Shown here piece by piece: positions 7,482 through 16,767 of a stretch of 44,958 bases of DNA; the stretch's first letter is position 1, and every line of letters begins with the position of its first letter. Position numbers and translations under genes: made by a program. The notes under the pieces were generated by a model. It had not been told where the DNA came from. It made no database searches and saw only the letters and a program-made list of their open reading frames with translations. Source of the DNA: an archaeon (lineage in GTDB: Archaea > Asgardarchaeota > Hermodarchaeia > Hermodarchaeales > Hermodarchaeaceae); assembly GCA_016550485.1 (NCBI GenBank), contig JABXGV010000173.1, positions 1-44,958 of the forward strand, read 5' to 3'.

Positions 7482-8744
7482 TTGACACGCATTCATTTCC
7501 TTGGCGGCTGTAAAACAATAGGCAGTTCAGCGTACCTAATAGAGGACGAAAGTAGCTCAGTTTTACTGGATTTTGGTGTATCCTTTGGGTCTTCTGCCCC
7601 CTCATTTCCCAAGCTTATTCGTCCTCGAAACCTTACAGTCGCCTTAACACACGCCCATCTTGACCACAGCGGTGGATTGCCGCTGATTTTCGCCAGTGGT
7701 GCTGCACCGGTGTATATGACGGCTATTACCCGTGAACTGATCCGTCTACTCTTAAAGGATTTCATCCGCATAAGTGAATATTACTTGCCTTTCGAAGAGT
7801 ACGAAATGCAGCGTCTTTTTCGCAGAATAAAGATAGTTCAGTATGATGAACCAGTGGATTTAGGAAACGGAACCACACTCACCTTTCTTGATGCAGGTCA
7901 CATACCTGGAAGTGCTTCGATTCAGGTAGAAACGAACACACACCGGTTCTATTATTCAGGTGACATAAACACCACTCAAACGCAGCTCCTCAACGGTGCG
8001 CGGATTCCTAGAAAAAGTCCGGATGTAGTTGTTCTAGAGAGTACGTATGCTCAGACCTGTCATGACCCACGTTCACAGATTGAGAAAGAATTTGTTGAAG
8101 GGGTTTCTGATACCATTGAAAGTGGTGGATCAGTTTTAGTTCCAGCCTTTGCAGTAGCACGGTCACAGGAGATATTGTGCATTCTCGAAAAACACAGGGT
8201 TGAATGTCCCATATATTTAGACGGGATGGCTCGTGAGGCTGCCCGTATCTTTCTCCGTCATCCGACCTTCTTCCGTGATTATCCTCTTCTAAGGGATGCC
8301 CTTAAGAAAGCTAATTGGATTCGTAGTAAGCGCCAACGAGAAAGTGTGATGGAGGAGGCGTGTGTAATGATAGCTCCCGCAGGTATGCTTCGCGGTGGCA
8401 CTGCAGCAATGTATCTACGTCAGATATTAGATGATGCTAAAAACGCTGTAATGCTTGTTGGATTCCAGATTCCAGGGACTCCTGGACGTATTCTGTTGGA
8501 GGATCATGTATTCGATGATGGGTTAGGTCTCCAGAAGGTTAAAGCTCGGGTCAAATTATTCGACTTCTCGTCGCATGCAGGACAAGATGAACTTTTAGAC
8601 TTGGGGAAGGCTTTCTCGAACGCCCAGAACTTATTTACGGTTCACGGAGAAGCAGAAGCCTGTGAATTCCTAGCAACTACCCTCAAGGAACAACATGGTG
8701 TAAATGCCTACGCGGCAGAGACAGACCAGCGTATAGAACTTTGA
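7482..8744 (+). CDS. metallo-beta-lactamase/beta-CASP ribonuclease (aCPSF2-type, no KH domains)
   Basis: 420 aa. HxHxDH motif (THAHLDHSGG), then beta-CASP and a C-terminal His motif (VHGE). TTG start. Confidence 0.8.
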   Translation: MTRIHFLGGCKTIGSSAYLIEDESSSVLLDFGVSFGSSAPSFPKLIRPRNLTVALTHAHLDHSGGLPLIFASGAAPVYMTAITRELIRLLLKDFIRISEYYLPFEEYEMQRLFRRIKIVQYDEPVDLGNGTTLTFLDAGHIPGSASIQVETNTHRFYYSGDINTTQTQLLNGARIPRKSPDVVVLESTYAQTCHDPRSQIEKEFVEGVSDTIESGGSVLVPAFAVARSQEILCILEKHRVECPIYLDGMAREAARIFLRHPTFFRDYPLLRDALKKANWIRSKRQRESVMEEACVMIAPAGMLRGGTAAMYLRQILDDAKNAVMLVGFQIPGTPGRILLEDHVFDDGLGLQKVKARVKLFDFSSHAGQDELLDLGKAFSNAQNLFTVHGEAEACEFLATTLKEQHGVNAYAAETDQRIEL

Positions 8745-8764
8745 TGAAAAAGGAGTGAATTACT

Positions 8765-9640
8765 TTGGCGGAAGATATGCCTGTAATTTCAGGAGAATCC
8801 ATGGGTACAATAATAGGGAACCTTCTAGTCGCAATGATTGGTGCGTGCCTTCTAGGCATCATCGTCTTCCTCTCGGGGAACAGGTTCTACGCGGAACCTT
8901 TCTCAGAGGCTGTTGGTGGTTTTTACGCTGCGCTTGCTAATGCTATACTATTTGTTGTTCTTGCAACGGTTGGTGCCTTACTTGTTATTCTTCTGCTTAA
9001 ATATGGGCGTGAAAACCTCCTCCGATATATCCTGATTGGCGCATTCGTGTTCATTGGAATTGTCGTGGTTGCTTATTTTGGATACATGTTTCTCATAGTA
9101 ATGGAGCTTGATGCCCTTCTCGCCATCGTTATTCTTTTTGCCTTCGTTTCTACGGCTAGCCTTGCTTTCATTATGGTCGAGCCAGAAAATCGGATGAAAA
9201 ATGCAGGCCTCCTAATTTTCGGGTCAGGTATTGGCGCATTCTTAGGCGTCGTCTTACCTGTTTGGACCAGTATTCTTCTCCTAATCGCCCTATCCATCTA
9301 TGATTACGTCAGCGTGAAGAGGGGGCCAATAAGGAAAATTGTAGAACTCACAGAAGAAAGCCCTGAGAAACTGGGCGCCCTCGCAGTCTCTACTGCTGAA
9401 TGGGATATCGGTCTTGGAGATGTGGCGTTTTACTGTATGATGACAGTGTTAGCTGTCGTGAACTTCGGGTTCCTGCCAACACTATTTACCGTTATAGGAG
9501 TAGTTGCTGGGTTCCGCATCACAATGCGTTTGCTAGAAAAACGTGGTTTAATGCCCGGCCTCCCAGTTCCTGTAAGTCTAGGTCTTCTGGGACTGCTTAT
9601 AGGCTTCCTCATTCGTCTCTTCTTCCCATTCATCCCTTAA
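8765..9640 (+). CDS. presenilin/signal-peptide-peptidase homologue (A22 intramembrane aspartyl protease, PSH-like)
   Basis: Polytopic membrane protein. Catalytic YD (ALSIYDYVS) and GLGD (DIGLGDVAFY) motifs, plus a PAL-like PGLPVP near the C-terminus. TTG start; an alternative ATG lies at 8777. Confidence 0.75.
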   Translation: MAEDMPVISGESMGTIIGNLLVAMIGACLLGIIVFLSGNRFYAEPFSEAVGGFYAALANAILFVVLATVGALLVILLLKYGRENLLRYILIGAFVFIGIVVVAYFGYMFLIVMELDALLAIVILFAFVSTASLAFIMVEPENRMKNAGLLIFGSGIGAFLGVVLPVWTSILLLIALSIYDYVSVKRGPIRKIVELTEESPEKLGALAVSTAEWDIGLGDVAFYCMMTVLAVVNFGFLPTLFTVIGVVAGFRITMRLLEKRGLMPGLPVPVSLGLLGLLIGFLIRLFFPFIP

Positions 9641-9666
9641 GCGGAAAGCCTCATCATCAGACAGAC

Positions 9667-9870
9667 CTACACATCCACAATAGGGATTTTCAGTCTGCCA
9701 ATTAGCCGCTCAGCGGTTGCTGTGTCACATTTGTAGGTATACAGGTATCGACTAGTTCGTAATTTCAACTTCACCATATCTCGCAACCTCTTTACCCGGC
9801 ACTCTACAGCTCGATCCACTAAAACAAGAAACTCCTCTTCAGATTGAATCTCGCGTGGCATTTTGATCAC
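9667..9870 (-). CDS. rpl38e: ribosomal protein L38e (eL38)
   Basis: 67 aa. The segment KLKLRTSRYLYTYKCDTATAERLIGRL resembles the eukaryotic eL38 core (..RCSRYLYTL...KAEKLKQSL..). The start may be the ATG at 9861. Confidence 0.7.
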   Translation of the reverse strand: MIKMPREIQSEEEFLVLVDRAVECRVKRLRDMVKLKLRTSRYLYTYKCDTATAERLIGRLKIPIVDV

Positions 9871-9954
9871 CGATGTGGCTCGGTTAGAGGAAAAATCGCA
9901 GCTTAAAAGGCTTGTGTTATTAATAATGTCCCGGTTATCGAGATGATTGGGGGG

Positions 9955-10088
9955 TGGTGGGCCGGGCGTGGATTGAACACGCGACCTCCGCCGTATCCTC
10001 GGGTCAAGGATGTCTCTGACACCGGTGAGGGCGGCGTCATACCATTATCCCAGCTCGATTAACCATCGGCTGACTAGACCACCGGCCC
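9955..10088 (-). tRNA. tRNA-Val(CAC) with two introns (D-loop ~29 nt; anticodon loop ~30 nt), CCA encoded
   Basis: In reverse complement: acceptor GGGCCGG/CCGGCCC, then A and CCA. T arm GCGTG-TTCAATC-CACGC. Anticodon stem CCGCC/GGCGG encloses 37 nt. The mature form inferred is GGGCCGG-TG-GTC-TAGTGGTAT-GAC-G-CCGCC-CTCACAC-GGCGG-AGGTC-..., a Val-like body. Introns lie at about 10045-10073 and 9995-10024. A one- or two-nt shift of the second junction would give anticodon CAU instead. Confidence 0.75.
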
Positions 10089-10105
10089 AATCGTGCTTTG
10101 CTGAT

Positions 10106-10267
10106 TTACTTCGTTAACTCGCGCCGCTTTGGTCGAAGGTTCTTGCGGTGGCACCGCCGGCACTTCGTTGCTCTATAGGGGTTCTTGGCTCCGCAATCTC
10201 TACAAATCGTAACGTAAAGTAGATGTGCAAGTGCAATACGGCGTTTTTCTGGATCAGCAACGGGCAT
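10106..10267 (-). CDS. rpl40e: ribosomal protein L40e (eL40)
   Basis: Not in the ORF track because it is only 53 aa. Translation: MPVADPEKRRIALAHLLYVTICRDCGAKNPYRATKCRRCHRKNLRPKRRELTK, with the CxxC...CxxC zinc ribbon of eL40. AGGTGA lies 5 nt upstream of the ATG. Confidence 0.85.
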   Translation of the reverse strand: MPVADPEKRRIALAHLLYVTICRDCGAKNPYRATKCRRCHRKNLRPKRRELTK

Positions 10268-10333
10268 AGGATTCACCTGTTTCGGTTGCGCTTCGCCACC
10301 TTACCTTATAAAAATTCCTAAGATAGGGCAGTA

Positions 10334-11203
10334 TTAGAGTAGAGTCTGTAGTGCCTCGTCTACGTCAATTGGGCGTTCGATAACGGTAACACCTGCTTCT
10401 CGGAGGGCGGCAATCTTGCTATCTGCTGTGCCGCTCTTTCCGCTTACGATTGCGCCTGCATGTCCCATCCGTTTGCCTTTTGGGGCAGTGCGTCCTGCAA
10501 TATAGGCTACGACTGGTTTGGTAGTATGTTCCTGGATGTATTCGGCAGCATTCTCTTCCGCCCGTCCTCCTATCTCACCTATTAGAACTGTAGCATCGGT
10601 CTCTTTGTCTTCTTCAAACAGTTTAAGCGCGTCGATGAAGGACATACCGGTCATAGGGTCGCCGCCTAATCCAATGGCAGTTGATTGGCCAAAACCAGCT
10701 TCACTGAGGCTGGCTGCAACCTCATAAGTGAGCGTGCCGCTTCGAGAAATCAAACCAATCCTGCCAGGTTTGAATACGTGAGCAGGCATGATTCCAAGCT
10801 TACACTTTCCAGGAGAGATGATTCCTGGAGTATTTGGGCCAATAATGTAGCTCCCCTGCTGGCGTGCCAAAGCCACAAATTTCATCTCGTCGTGTAGTGG
10901 GATATGCTCAGTGATTGCTACAATAATTTCGAGTTTTGCATCCAGTGCCTCATTGATAGCATCAGCCGCAAAACGAGCTGGAACAAAGATAATTGACGCA
11001 TTAATGCTTGGGAACTGCTCTTTGGCTTCAATTAGGCCATCGAATACCGGAATCCCTTCTACTTCCTGTCCGCCCTTGCCTGGAGTTGTTCCAGCAAGTA
11101 TCTTGGTTCCGTATTCAATCATCGCGCGTGTATGGAATTGCCCTTCTCTTCCTGTGATTCCTTGGACTACAACTTGAGTTTTATCGTTAATCAAGACAGT
11201 CAT
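10334..11203 (-). CDS. sucD: succinyl-CoA synthetase (ADP-forming) alpha subunit
   Basis: 289 aa. CoA-binding N-terminus ([11 protein letters not shown]) and the phosphohistidine loop ([11 protein letters not shown]). Confidence 0.9.
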   Translation of the reverse strand: MTVLINDKTQVVVQGITGREGQFHTRAMIEYGTKILAGTTPGKGGQEVEGIPVFDGLIEAKEQFPSINASIIFVPARFAADAINEALDAKLEIIVAITEHIPLHDEMKFVALARQQGSYIIGPNTPGIISPGKCKLGIMPAHVFKPGRIGLISRSGTLTYEVAASLSEAGFGQSTAIGLGGDPMTGMSFIDALKLFEEDKETDATVLIGEIGGRAEENAAEYIQEHTTKPVVAYIAGRTAPKGKRMGHAGAIVSGKSGTADSKIAALREAGVTVIERPIDVDEALQTLL

Positions 11204-12360
11204 GTTGGTTTTCCTCCGCTAGTTTTCTCAACTATGAGGCGTGCGGCTGCATCCATCGTTTCTAGGAACGGGATGTTAGCCTTCCGTAATATCTCTGCAC
11301 CTTCCTTCTCTCTCGTCCCTATTAGCCGAATAGCCATGGGGACTTCTTGCCTTAGATTCTTCTGGGACGATACAATCCCATTTGCCATCTCGTCACATCG
11401 TGTGATACCGCCGAGAATGTTGATGAAAACACCTTTCACGTCTGGATGAGAAAGGACAATATCCAGTGCTTGGGTCATACGATCTGCTGTAGCGCCTCCC
11501 CCAACATCAAGAAAGTTAGCTGGTTTTCCGCCATAATAATGAACAGCGTCCATAGTTGCCATCACAAGACCTGCTCCGTTCCCTATAATACCGATGTCCC
11601 CTTTCAATTCTACATAGGTCATACCCACTTCTCGGGCACGTAGCTCGAGCTCTGTTAACTCAGCGACGCCTTTTTCCAATCGTTCCATTAATGATTTATG
11701 ACGAAAGAGGGAGCTATCGTCAACATTGAGTCGAGCATCAGCGGCCATAAATTTTCCGTCTGTAGTTACGATTAGTGGATTAATTTCAGTGAGCTCTGCA
11801 TCATTGTCAGAAAATACGCGCCACAATTGCATTATAATTCTAGATAAATTGAGCAGCTCTCGTCCGTTGAATCCTGCAGCCTTGGCCAATCGACGGGCTT
11901 CGAACTCGCGCATTCCCATAAGGGGATTAATGGTTAGCCGTGCGATTTTTTCCGGGTGCTCCTCAGCGACTTTCTCGATGTCAACGCCTCCCATCCCACT
12001 ACAAATAGCCACGGGTTTACGCTTTTCTCTGTCAACGGTAATTCCAACGTAGATTTCTTTGGCAATATCTAGGCATTCCTCTACGAGGAGACGCTTTACT
12101 CGATGTCCATGTATTTCCATTCCAAGTAGTTTGCCTGCGATTACTCGTGCCTCTTTGGGGGTCTTCGCACGTTTAATGCCGCCTGCTTTACCACGTCCAC
12201 CAGCCAATACTTGCACTTTTAGGATTACTGGGCAAGCCAGCTCTTTTGCTATTTCTTCAGCCTCGTCACTGCTCTGGGCTGTTCGGCCACGTGGAATTGA
12301 GAGTCCAACTTTCCGGAATGCCTCTTTTGCTTCAAATTCAAACTGACGCATTTGCCCCAT
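11200..12360 (-). CDS. sucC: succinyl-CoA synthetase beta subunit
   Basis: 386 aa. ATP-grasp N-terminus followed by the ligase-CoA domain (GNGAGLVMATMD). Overlaps sucD by 4 nt. Confidence 0.9.
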   Translation of the reverse strand: MGQMRQFEFEAKEAFRKVGLSIPRGRTAQSSDEAEEIAKELACPVILKVQVLAGGRGKAGGIKRAKTPKEARVIAGKLLGMEIHGHRVKRLLVEECLDIAKEIYVGITVDREKRKPVAICSGMGGVDIEKVAEEHPEKIARLTINPLMGMREFEARRLAKAAGFNGRELLNLSRIIMQLWRVFSDNDAELTEINPLIVTTDGKFMAADARLNVDDSSLFRHKSLMERLEKGVAELTELELRAREVGMTYVELKGDIGIIGNGAGLVMATMDAVHYYGGKPANFLDVGGGATADRMTQALDIVLSHPDVKGVFINILGGITRCDEMANGIVSSQKNLRQEVPMAIRLIGTREKEGAEILRKANIPFLETMDAAARLIVEKTSGGKPT

Positions 12361-12366
12361 CTCTAA

Positions 12367-12855
12367 TCAGGTAGTTCGAGAGGTCCATGATGTCAGAATG
12401 GTATGGGTTGATGTGGATTCAACTCCCACGATATCTACAACCTTTGACAGGAATTCCGCCAAGTTTGCGCTACTAACTAAAACTACGATGTCAACAGATC
12501 CTGTTACTCGCTGAACCTGAAGTGGTTTAAGTTGCTTTATTTTTTCAAGAACTTCCATGCGGAATTTAGGTTGTACCTTAAGAAAAACAAACGCCTCGTC
12601 TGTGGATTTACCAAGTAACCGTAAGCAATCAGGTGATAAATCGATGAAACCCCGACCTGTTCTGATGAGCTTTAACGAACGAAGCTTCCGGAGATGATTA
12701 CTTAGTGCCTGACGAGTAATGTTTAACTCCTTGGCTAGCTGTGCCTGTGTCCTTATCACAGTCTGAAAAGAAACAGGAATGCTAGCTTGGTACAATTTAC
12801 GTAATATTTCCAGTTGCCGCTCTGTAAGACGTACAACCCTATCAACTAATTCCAT
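12367..12855 (-). CDS. HTH transcriptional regulator (Lrp/AsnC- or ArsR-like wHTH with a C-terminal alpha/beta domain)
   Basis: HTH segment TQAQLAKELNITRQALSNHLRKLRSLKLI. I prefer the ATG at 12853-12855 (MELVDRVV...) over the track start at 12921. Confidence 0.55.
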   Translation of the reverse strand: MELVDRVVRLTERQLEILRKLYQASIPVSFQTVIRTQAQLAKELNITRQALSNHLRKLRSLKLIRTGRGFIDLSPDCLRLLGKSTDEAFVFLKVQPKFRMEVLEKIKQLKPLQVQRVTGSVDIVVLVSSANLAEFLSKVVDIVGVESTSTHTILTSWTSRTT

Positions 12856-13026
12856 TCTGTAACACCAGAGAACCGTATTTTTCGAATTCGAACTCCACTT
12901 TTTCAGCCTTTCGAATGTCAAGTATTTTTCACAAATATGACAATGTTCGATGGGAACCTTTTTTAGAATTTGTCCATAGTCTTCTCCGGAAGAATCCTGT
13001 TGTTACCCTCCTAAGAGGTTCATATT

Positions 13027-13536
13027 GTGAAGACCACATTGTGTTCAATTTGTCTAACGAATTATCCACTTGTCTGTGTCAATTGCCAGGAAAAAATCGA
13101 TAGCGGAGAAATCTCGGAACTTGATGTTAGGGTAATTCGAGTTCTCATAAATCTCGAGAAGAATTTTTCATCCTTGAAAGACATAACGTTCGTGCGTGCT
13201 ATACAAGCTAACGGGTTGATAATCGTTCTAGTGTCTCGGGGCGATAGTCGTAGGCTACGCCCAGCTCTTAGAAAGATTCAGCGTCTTGCTGGAGGGGAAC
13301 TCGATACTACACTCCGTATTGTTGAGGAGAGCAGAAACCCTCAACACATCCTTCGAGATCTAATACGTCCTGTGCGAATACTAGGAGTAAATACGATATG
13401 GCTTCCAGACAATAGCTTTGAACGCAAAGTGAGAATCAGCAGCCGTGATCAATCTCGCATTCCTCTCGACATCAGACGTCTTGAGGAAATCGTATATGAA
13501 TTAAGCGGTGAGCGTATCCGTATCGCATTCGATTAG
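13027..13536 (+). CDS. NusA-like double-KH-fold protein with an N-terminal CxxC...CxxC zinc ribbon (family not firmly recognised)
   Basis: 169 aa, GTG start. Contains CSIC..(10)..CVNC. The following segments LIIVLVSRGD...RIVEESRNPQHILRDLIRPVRILGVNTI...RKVRISS follow the layout of archaeal NusA KH1-KH2, but the GXXG loops are degenerate. Confidence 0.4.
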   Translation: MKTTLCSICLTNYPLVCVNCQEKIDSGEISELDVRVIRVLINLEKNFSSLKDITFVRAIQANGLIIVLVSRGDSRRLRPALRKIQRLAGGELDTTLRIVEESRNPQHILRDLIRPVRILGVNTIWLPDNSFERKVRISSRDQSRIPLDIRRLEEIVYELSGERIRIAFD

Positions 13537-13553
13537 AGGGCTGGCTCAGCGTG

Positions 13554-14876
13554 TTATAACTGAGTTATAAGACGGGGTTTGATGAACTCCCTTAGTATCA
13601 CTGAAGCATAACTGCCCTTCAGTAAATCAAAACTAATCGTCACGATTTTTTCGGACTTTTCTTCAGTAATAGAGGATTGCAAGTTAGTAGGGTTTACAAG
13701 GAGTGGTCTAAACGACCCACGAGAACTCAGTTCAGGGATGTGAGTACTACGGAAGTTTGCAGGTGTTACTTGTTCTTGAGCAAGCAATTTTTTCAGAATT
13801 TCTCCCATTGGTCCATTAAAAGTGATGTTCTCGAAGTCATATCCGATTAATGGAATCACGATTTTGTATCGTTCATTTAGAACTTTCTGCCTTGCAGAGG
13901 CGAGCGTTTTCCTAGTGACCATTCGAGTTGAGTAAATCTCACCTGGAAAGGGTACCACAAAATCTCCTATACAGGGTTGTGTTAGAGAAATACCCTGTTT
14001 CACCCGCTCACTTACGGCTCTATTGAAGAGGTAGGATTGATATGCATGAACATAGAGCCGAACAAGGCCTTTAGGTAGTACACTTAGACAACCCTGAAGG
14101 TCACCTGGGTGTTTAGCAAGATAATGAGTGACCGCACGTTCAAAGAACCTATTTGGGTGGTGTCCTAGGTACTGAACACGAGGCTCGTTTTTCTCAATCT
14201 CTTCCTTTGAAGTCTGAGGGGCTTCATCTGGGCTTCTAGTCAGAATGTGGATGGCTTCCTCCAAGTTCCCAAGAACGAGGTGTTTCCCAATCAAGTGTGT
14301 GGTTGGGTTAACAATCCCAAATCGCTGAGGACCAAAAAAGTTCAGGACGCCTCCTTGTTGTTTGTAGTAATTTGTTATTTCTGTAATTCGCGTCCTGGTT
14401 TCTTCTGTCACCTCAAGCTTTCTAATTATTATGCGAAATCGATTGCCGTAATGTGCACCAGAGAGGACGGGTTTAGGAACTCGATGGGGATGTAGAATCC
14501 ATATTTTAGGAATGTCTAGGTCAACAAGGTCGTTGTATGTTCCTCTGTATAGAGTGACTCGCTGCGATGTTAATGCACGCCGGTCCTTTATTCCCGCATA
14601 AGAAAAACGCTTGTAGCTGACTCTTAGGGCTTTACTTAGCCGGTGAATTGCTTGAATTGTATCAATGTTTCTCTTTACTAGGAAAAAGGCCATAAACTTC
14701 CCTGGTTGGTCTGGAAAGTGCTCTTCTGTTGGTTCAAGAGGTGCCACGACACCATCTGACCCTATCTCTTGAACAATGAAATCCTCTGGGTGAACTCGTA
14801 AGCGCCCTCCTATCCCAGGTGTATTTGTTGAGAATACGTCGATACCAATAATCGTATCGAACACTTTTGCCTCCAC
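13554..14876 (-). CDS. truD: tRNA pseudouridine synthase TruD/Pus7 family
   Basis: 440 aa. Contains GIGGRLRVHPEDFIVQE and the catalytic FSYAGIKDRRALTSQ motif. Confidence 0.85.
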   Translation of the reverse strand: MEAKVFDTIIGIDVFSTNTPGIGGRLRVHPEDFIVQEIGSDGVVAPLEPTEEHFPDQPGKFMAFFLVKRNIDTIQAIHRLSKALRVSYKRFSYAGIKDRRALTSQRVTLYRGTYNDLVDLDIPKIWILHPHRVPKPVLSGAHYGNRFRIIIRKLEVTEETRTRITEITNYYKQQGGVLNFFGPQRFGIVNPTTHLIGKHLVLGNLEEAIHILTRSPDEAPQTSKEEIEKNEPRVQYLGHHPNRFFERAVTHYLAKHPGDLQGCLSVLPKGLVRLYVHAYQSYLFNRAVSERVKQGISLTQPCIGDFVVPFPGEIYSTRMVTRKTLASARQKVLNERYKIVIPLIGYDFENITFNGPMGEILKKLLAQEQVTPANFRSTHIPELSSRGSFRPLLVNPTNLQSSITEEKSEKIVTISFDLLKGSYASVILREFIKPRLITQL

Positions 14877-14894
14877 AAGTCCACCTCCAGTACC

Positions 14895-15308
14895 TCACAA
14901 CAGAGGCAGGTCACTTGTAACCTTATCTACATCAGCATTAGGTGCAGGTCCGATACCTAGTGCAGTTAATGTTCCAGGTTTGATCTCAGTCAACCCCCGG
15001 TCTCGAATAACTATACAGGGTAAACCTAGCTTCGCGGCTTTTTCTCTAATTGCTAGCAATTCCTCTTTACTGGCCACCTTAACTGCTACTTTCTTTTGTC
15101 CCTCGTTGAGCCACCTCCGCCACCAAGAAGAGTGGTGACGTCGTGCTTCTTCTGCAGCGGACACGGCAGCGTGTGCTGCCTGAACTCCGATTTTTCCTCG
15201 GCTCATCTTCAAATCCGTTCTTATCACTAGTACCTGTTTATAATCAAAATTCGTTGAACTGCCTATACGTTGCTGGGGGTTTCCACAAAGCCGCGCTCTT
15301 ATTTTCAA
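14895..15308 (-). CDS. pth2: peptidyl-tRNA hydrolase, archaeal/eukaryotic Pth2 type
   Basis: Contains KQVLVIRTDLKMSRGKIGVQAAHAAV...GLTEIKPGTLTALGIGP. TTG start with GGAG upstream. The N-terminal ~20 residues are uncertain. Confidence 0.8.
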   Translation of the reverse strand: MKIRARLCGNPQQRIGSSTNFDYKQVLVIRTDLKMSRGKIGVQAAHAAVSAAEEARRHHSSWWRRWLNEGQKKVAVKVASKEELLAIREKAAKLGLPCIVIRDRGLTEIKPGTLTALGIGPAPNADVDKVTSDLPLL

Positions 15309-15539
15309 TATGATGATCTCCTATTTACAAAGCTCTTTATCCAATTGTTAGTGAAGTTGGAAATACTTTATCATTCTGAGTAAATACAAATATGCTAGTC
15401 AAGAATATACGAAACCTGTACCATTAGGACATTTCAGTGGGGTTCCTTCGTTAAATTTCAAGCTCATGTGAACTATGTTCCAAATCCTTGAATAACATCT
15501 TGGGTAACAATATCGTCTCTGAAAAGCTAGGTGTTGTGG

Positions 15540-16751
15540 ATGGATGCTGAAGTTATTGTCATTGGAGCGGGCCCAGTTGGAGGACTTGCTGCTCGTCAGC
15601 TCGCTAGACTCGGGCTTTCGGTGTTACTCCTCGAAGATCACAGACAGGTTGGGCGTCCTGTTCATTGTGCAGGACTTATTGGTATTGAAGGATTGCATGG
15701 CTTGGGCATTCATCCTAAAAAATCAGCTATCATTAATCGCGTCCGTGCTTCCGTTCTTCATGCTCCCTCAGGAGTAGCTCTGACTGTAGATAAGGGGCAC
15801 TCTCACGCCTATGTTCTACACCGTAATCTATTGGATCAACAAATTGTGCATGAAGCAGAAAGCGCAGGAGCAAAACTGCTTTTGGGTAATCGTGTAACTC
15901 ATTGTCAGCCAACACAAACCGGCGTCAAGGTGACAGTCCGGGAAGCGGGCTCTACCAAGGAATACCGGGCACATGTCGCTGTTGATGCTGAGGGTATTAA
16001 TGCACGCCTTGCTCGGCAAAATGGTCTTCTGGGCCCAAAGAAATCCTTTATCCTTCCTGCACTGCAATATGAAGTGTCGAATGTATCATTGCTAGCAGAT
16101 AGGGTTCACCTCTACTTTGATAATCGGCTTGCACCAAAATTCTTCCTATGGGTTATCCCACTAGATGCGCACCGCGCAAGGGTCGGTTTGGCTAGTGCAG
16201 GTCGGAAAGTTCGTAAATCCTTAGAGAATTTTCTGTCTAAAACACCGATGCTTAAAGATGCAAAAGTCGATAAACGGTATGGAGGACTTGTTTATTCGGG
16301 TGGACCTTTTGGAAAAACGGTGGCAGAGAGATTCATAGCAATAGGAGACGCCGCAGGCCAAACTAAAGCGACTTCAGGTGGCGGCGTTGTCTACGGAGGA
16401 CGTTGTGCTATCATTGCTGCAGCTAGTATTCGGCGGGCTCTGCGAAATGGACGGTATCACCACAAGGAGCTTGCTAACTATGATAAGCAGTGGAAGCGTG
16501 CTTATGGCAGGCAGTTAAAACAGATGGCATTGCTTAGGCGCCTCATCAACTGCCTCAACAATACAGAGTTGGACAAACTGTTTCTAGCAATCCAGCGAAG
16601 CAGTGTACGCGAACTCATTGAAACTAAGGGTGATATTGATCAACAAGAGCGCCTCATCACAGCATCACTGACAAACCCTTTCCTATTAGCACAACTGATG
16701 AAAATCTTCCTATCAAAGGTGAAGTTCCTCCCACAGCTGCTATGGGGTTAA
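15540..16751 (+). CDS. geranylgeranyl reductase-family flavoprotein (likely digeranylgeranylglycerophospholipid reductase)
   Basis: FAD-binding motif VIVIGAGPVGG...LLLED and the GDAAG motif (AIGDAAGQTKATSGGG). I prefer the ATG at 15540 over the GTG at 15531. Confidence 0.75.
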   Translation: MDAEVIVIGAGPVGGLAARQLARLGLSVLLLEDHRQVGRPVHCAGLIGIEGLHGLGIHPKKSAIINRVRASVLHAPSGVALTVDKGHSHAYVLHRNLLDQQIVHEAESAGAKLLLGNRVTHCQPTQTGVKVTVREAGSTKEYRAHVAVDAEGINARLARQNGLLGPKKSFILPALQYEVSNVSLLADRVHLYFDNRLAPKFFLWVIPLDAHRARVGLASAGRKVRKSLENFLSKTPMLKDAKVDKRYGGLVYSGGPFGKTVAERFIAIGDAAGQTKATSGGGVVYGGRCAIIAAASIRRALRNGRYHHKELANYDKQWKRAYGRQLKQMALLRRLINCLNNTELDKLFLAIQRSSVRELIETKGDIDQQERLITASLTNPFLLAQLMKIFLSKVKFLPQLLWG

Positions 16752-16767
16752 AGTCGGAAAGAGGGCA

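Noticed and set aside
10518-12346. Series of + strand ORFs (65-108 aa) inside the sucD/sucC region. Similar antisense ORFs lie inside cdc48 (34552-35631), the MFS gene (20972-21745) and pus10 (27428-28036).
   Set aside because: All are antisense shadows of strongly supported genes. They have Ser/Ala/Arg/Pro-rich compositions and no motifs.
15310-15385. Possible C/D-box sRNA: ATGATGA at 15311-15317 and CTGA about 59 nt downstream, in the pth2 / geranylgeranyl reductase intergenic region.
   Set aside because: There are no credible internal D' or C' boxes, no terminal stem, and the spacing is wrong for 12-nt guides. The ATGATGA also overlaps the pth2 translation-start region on the other strand.
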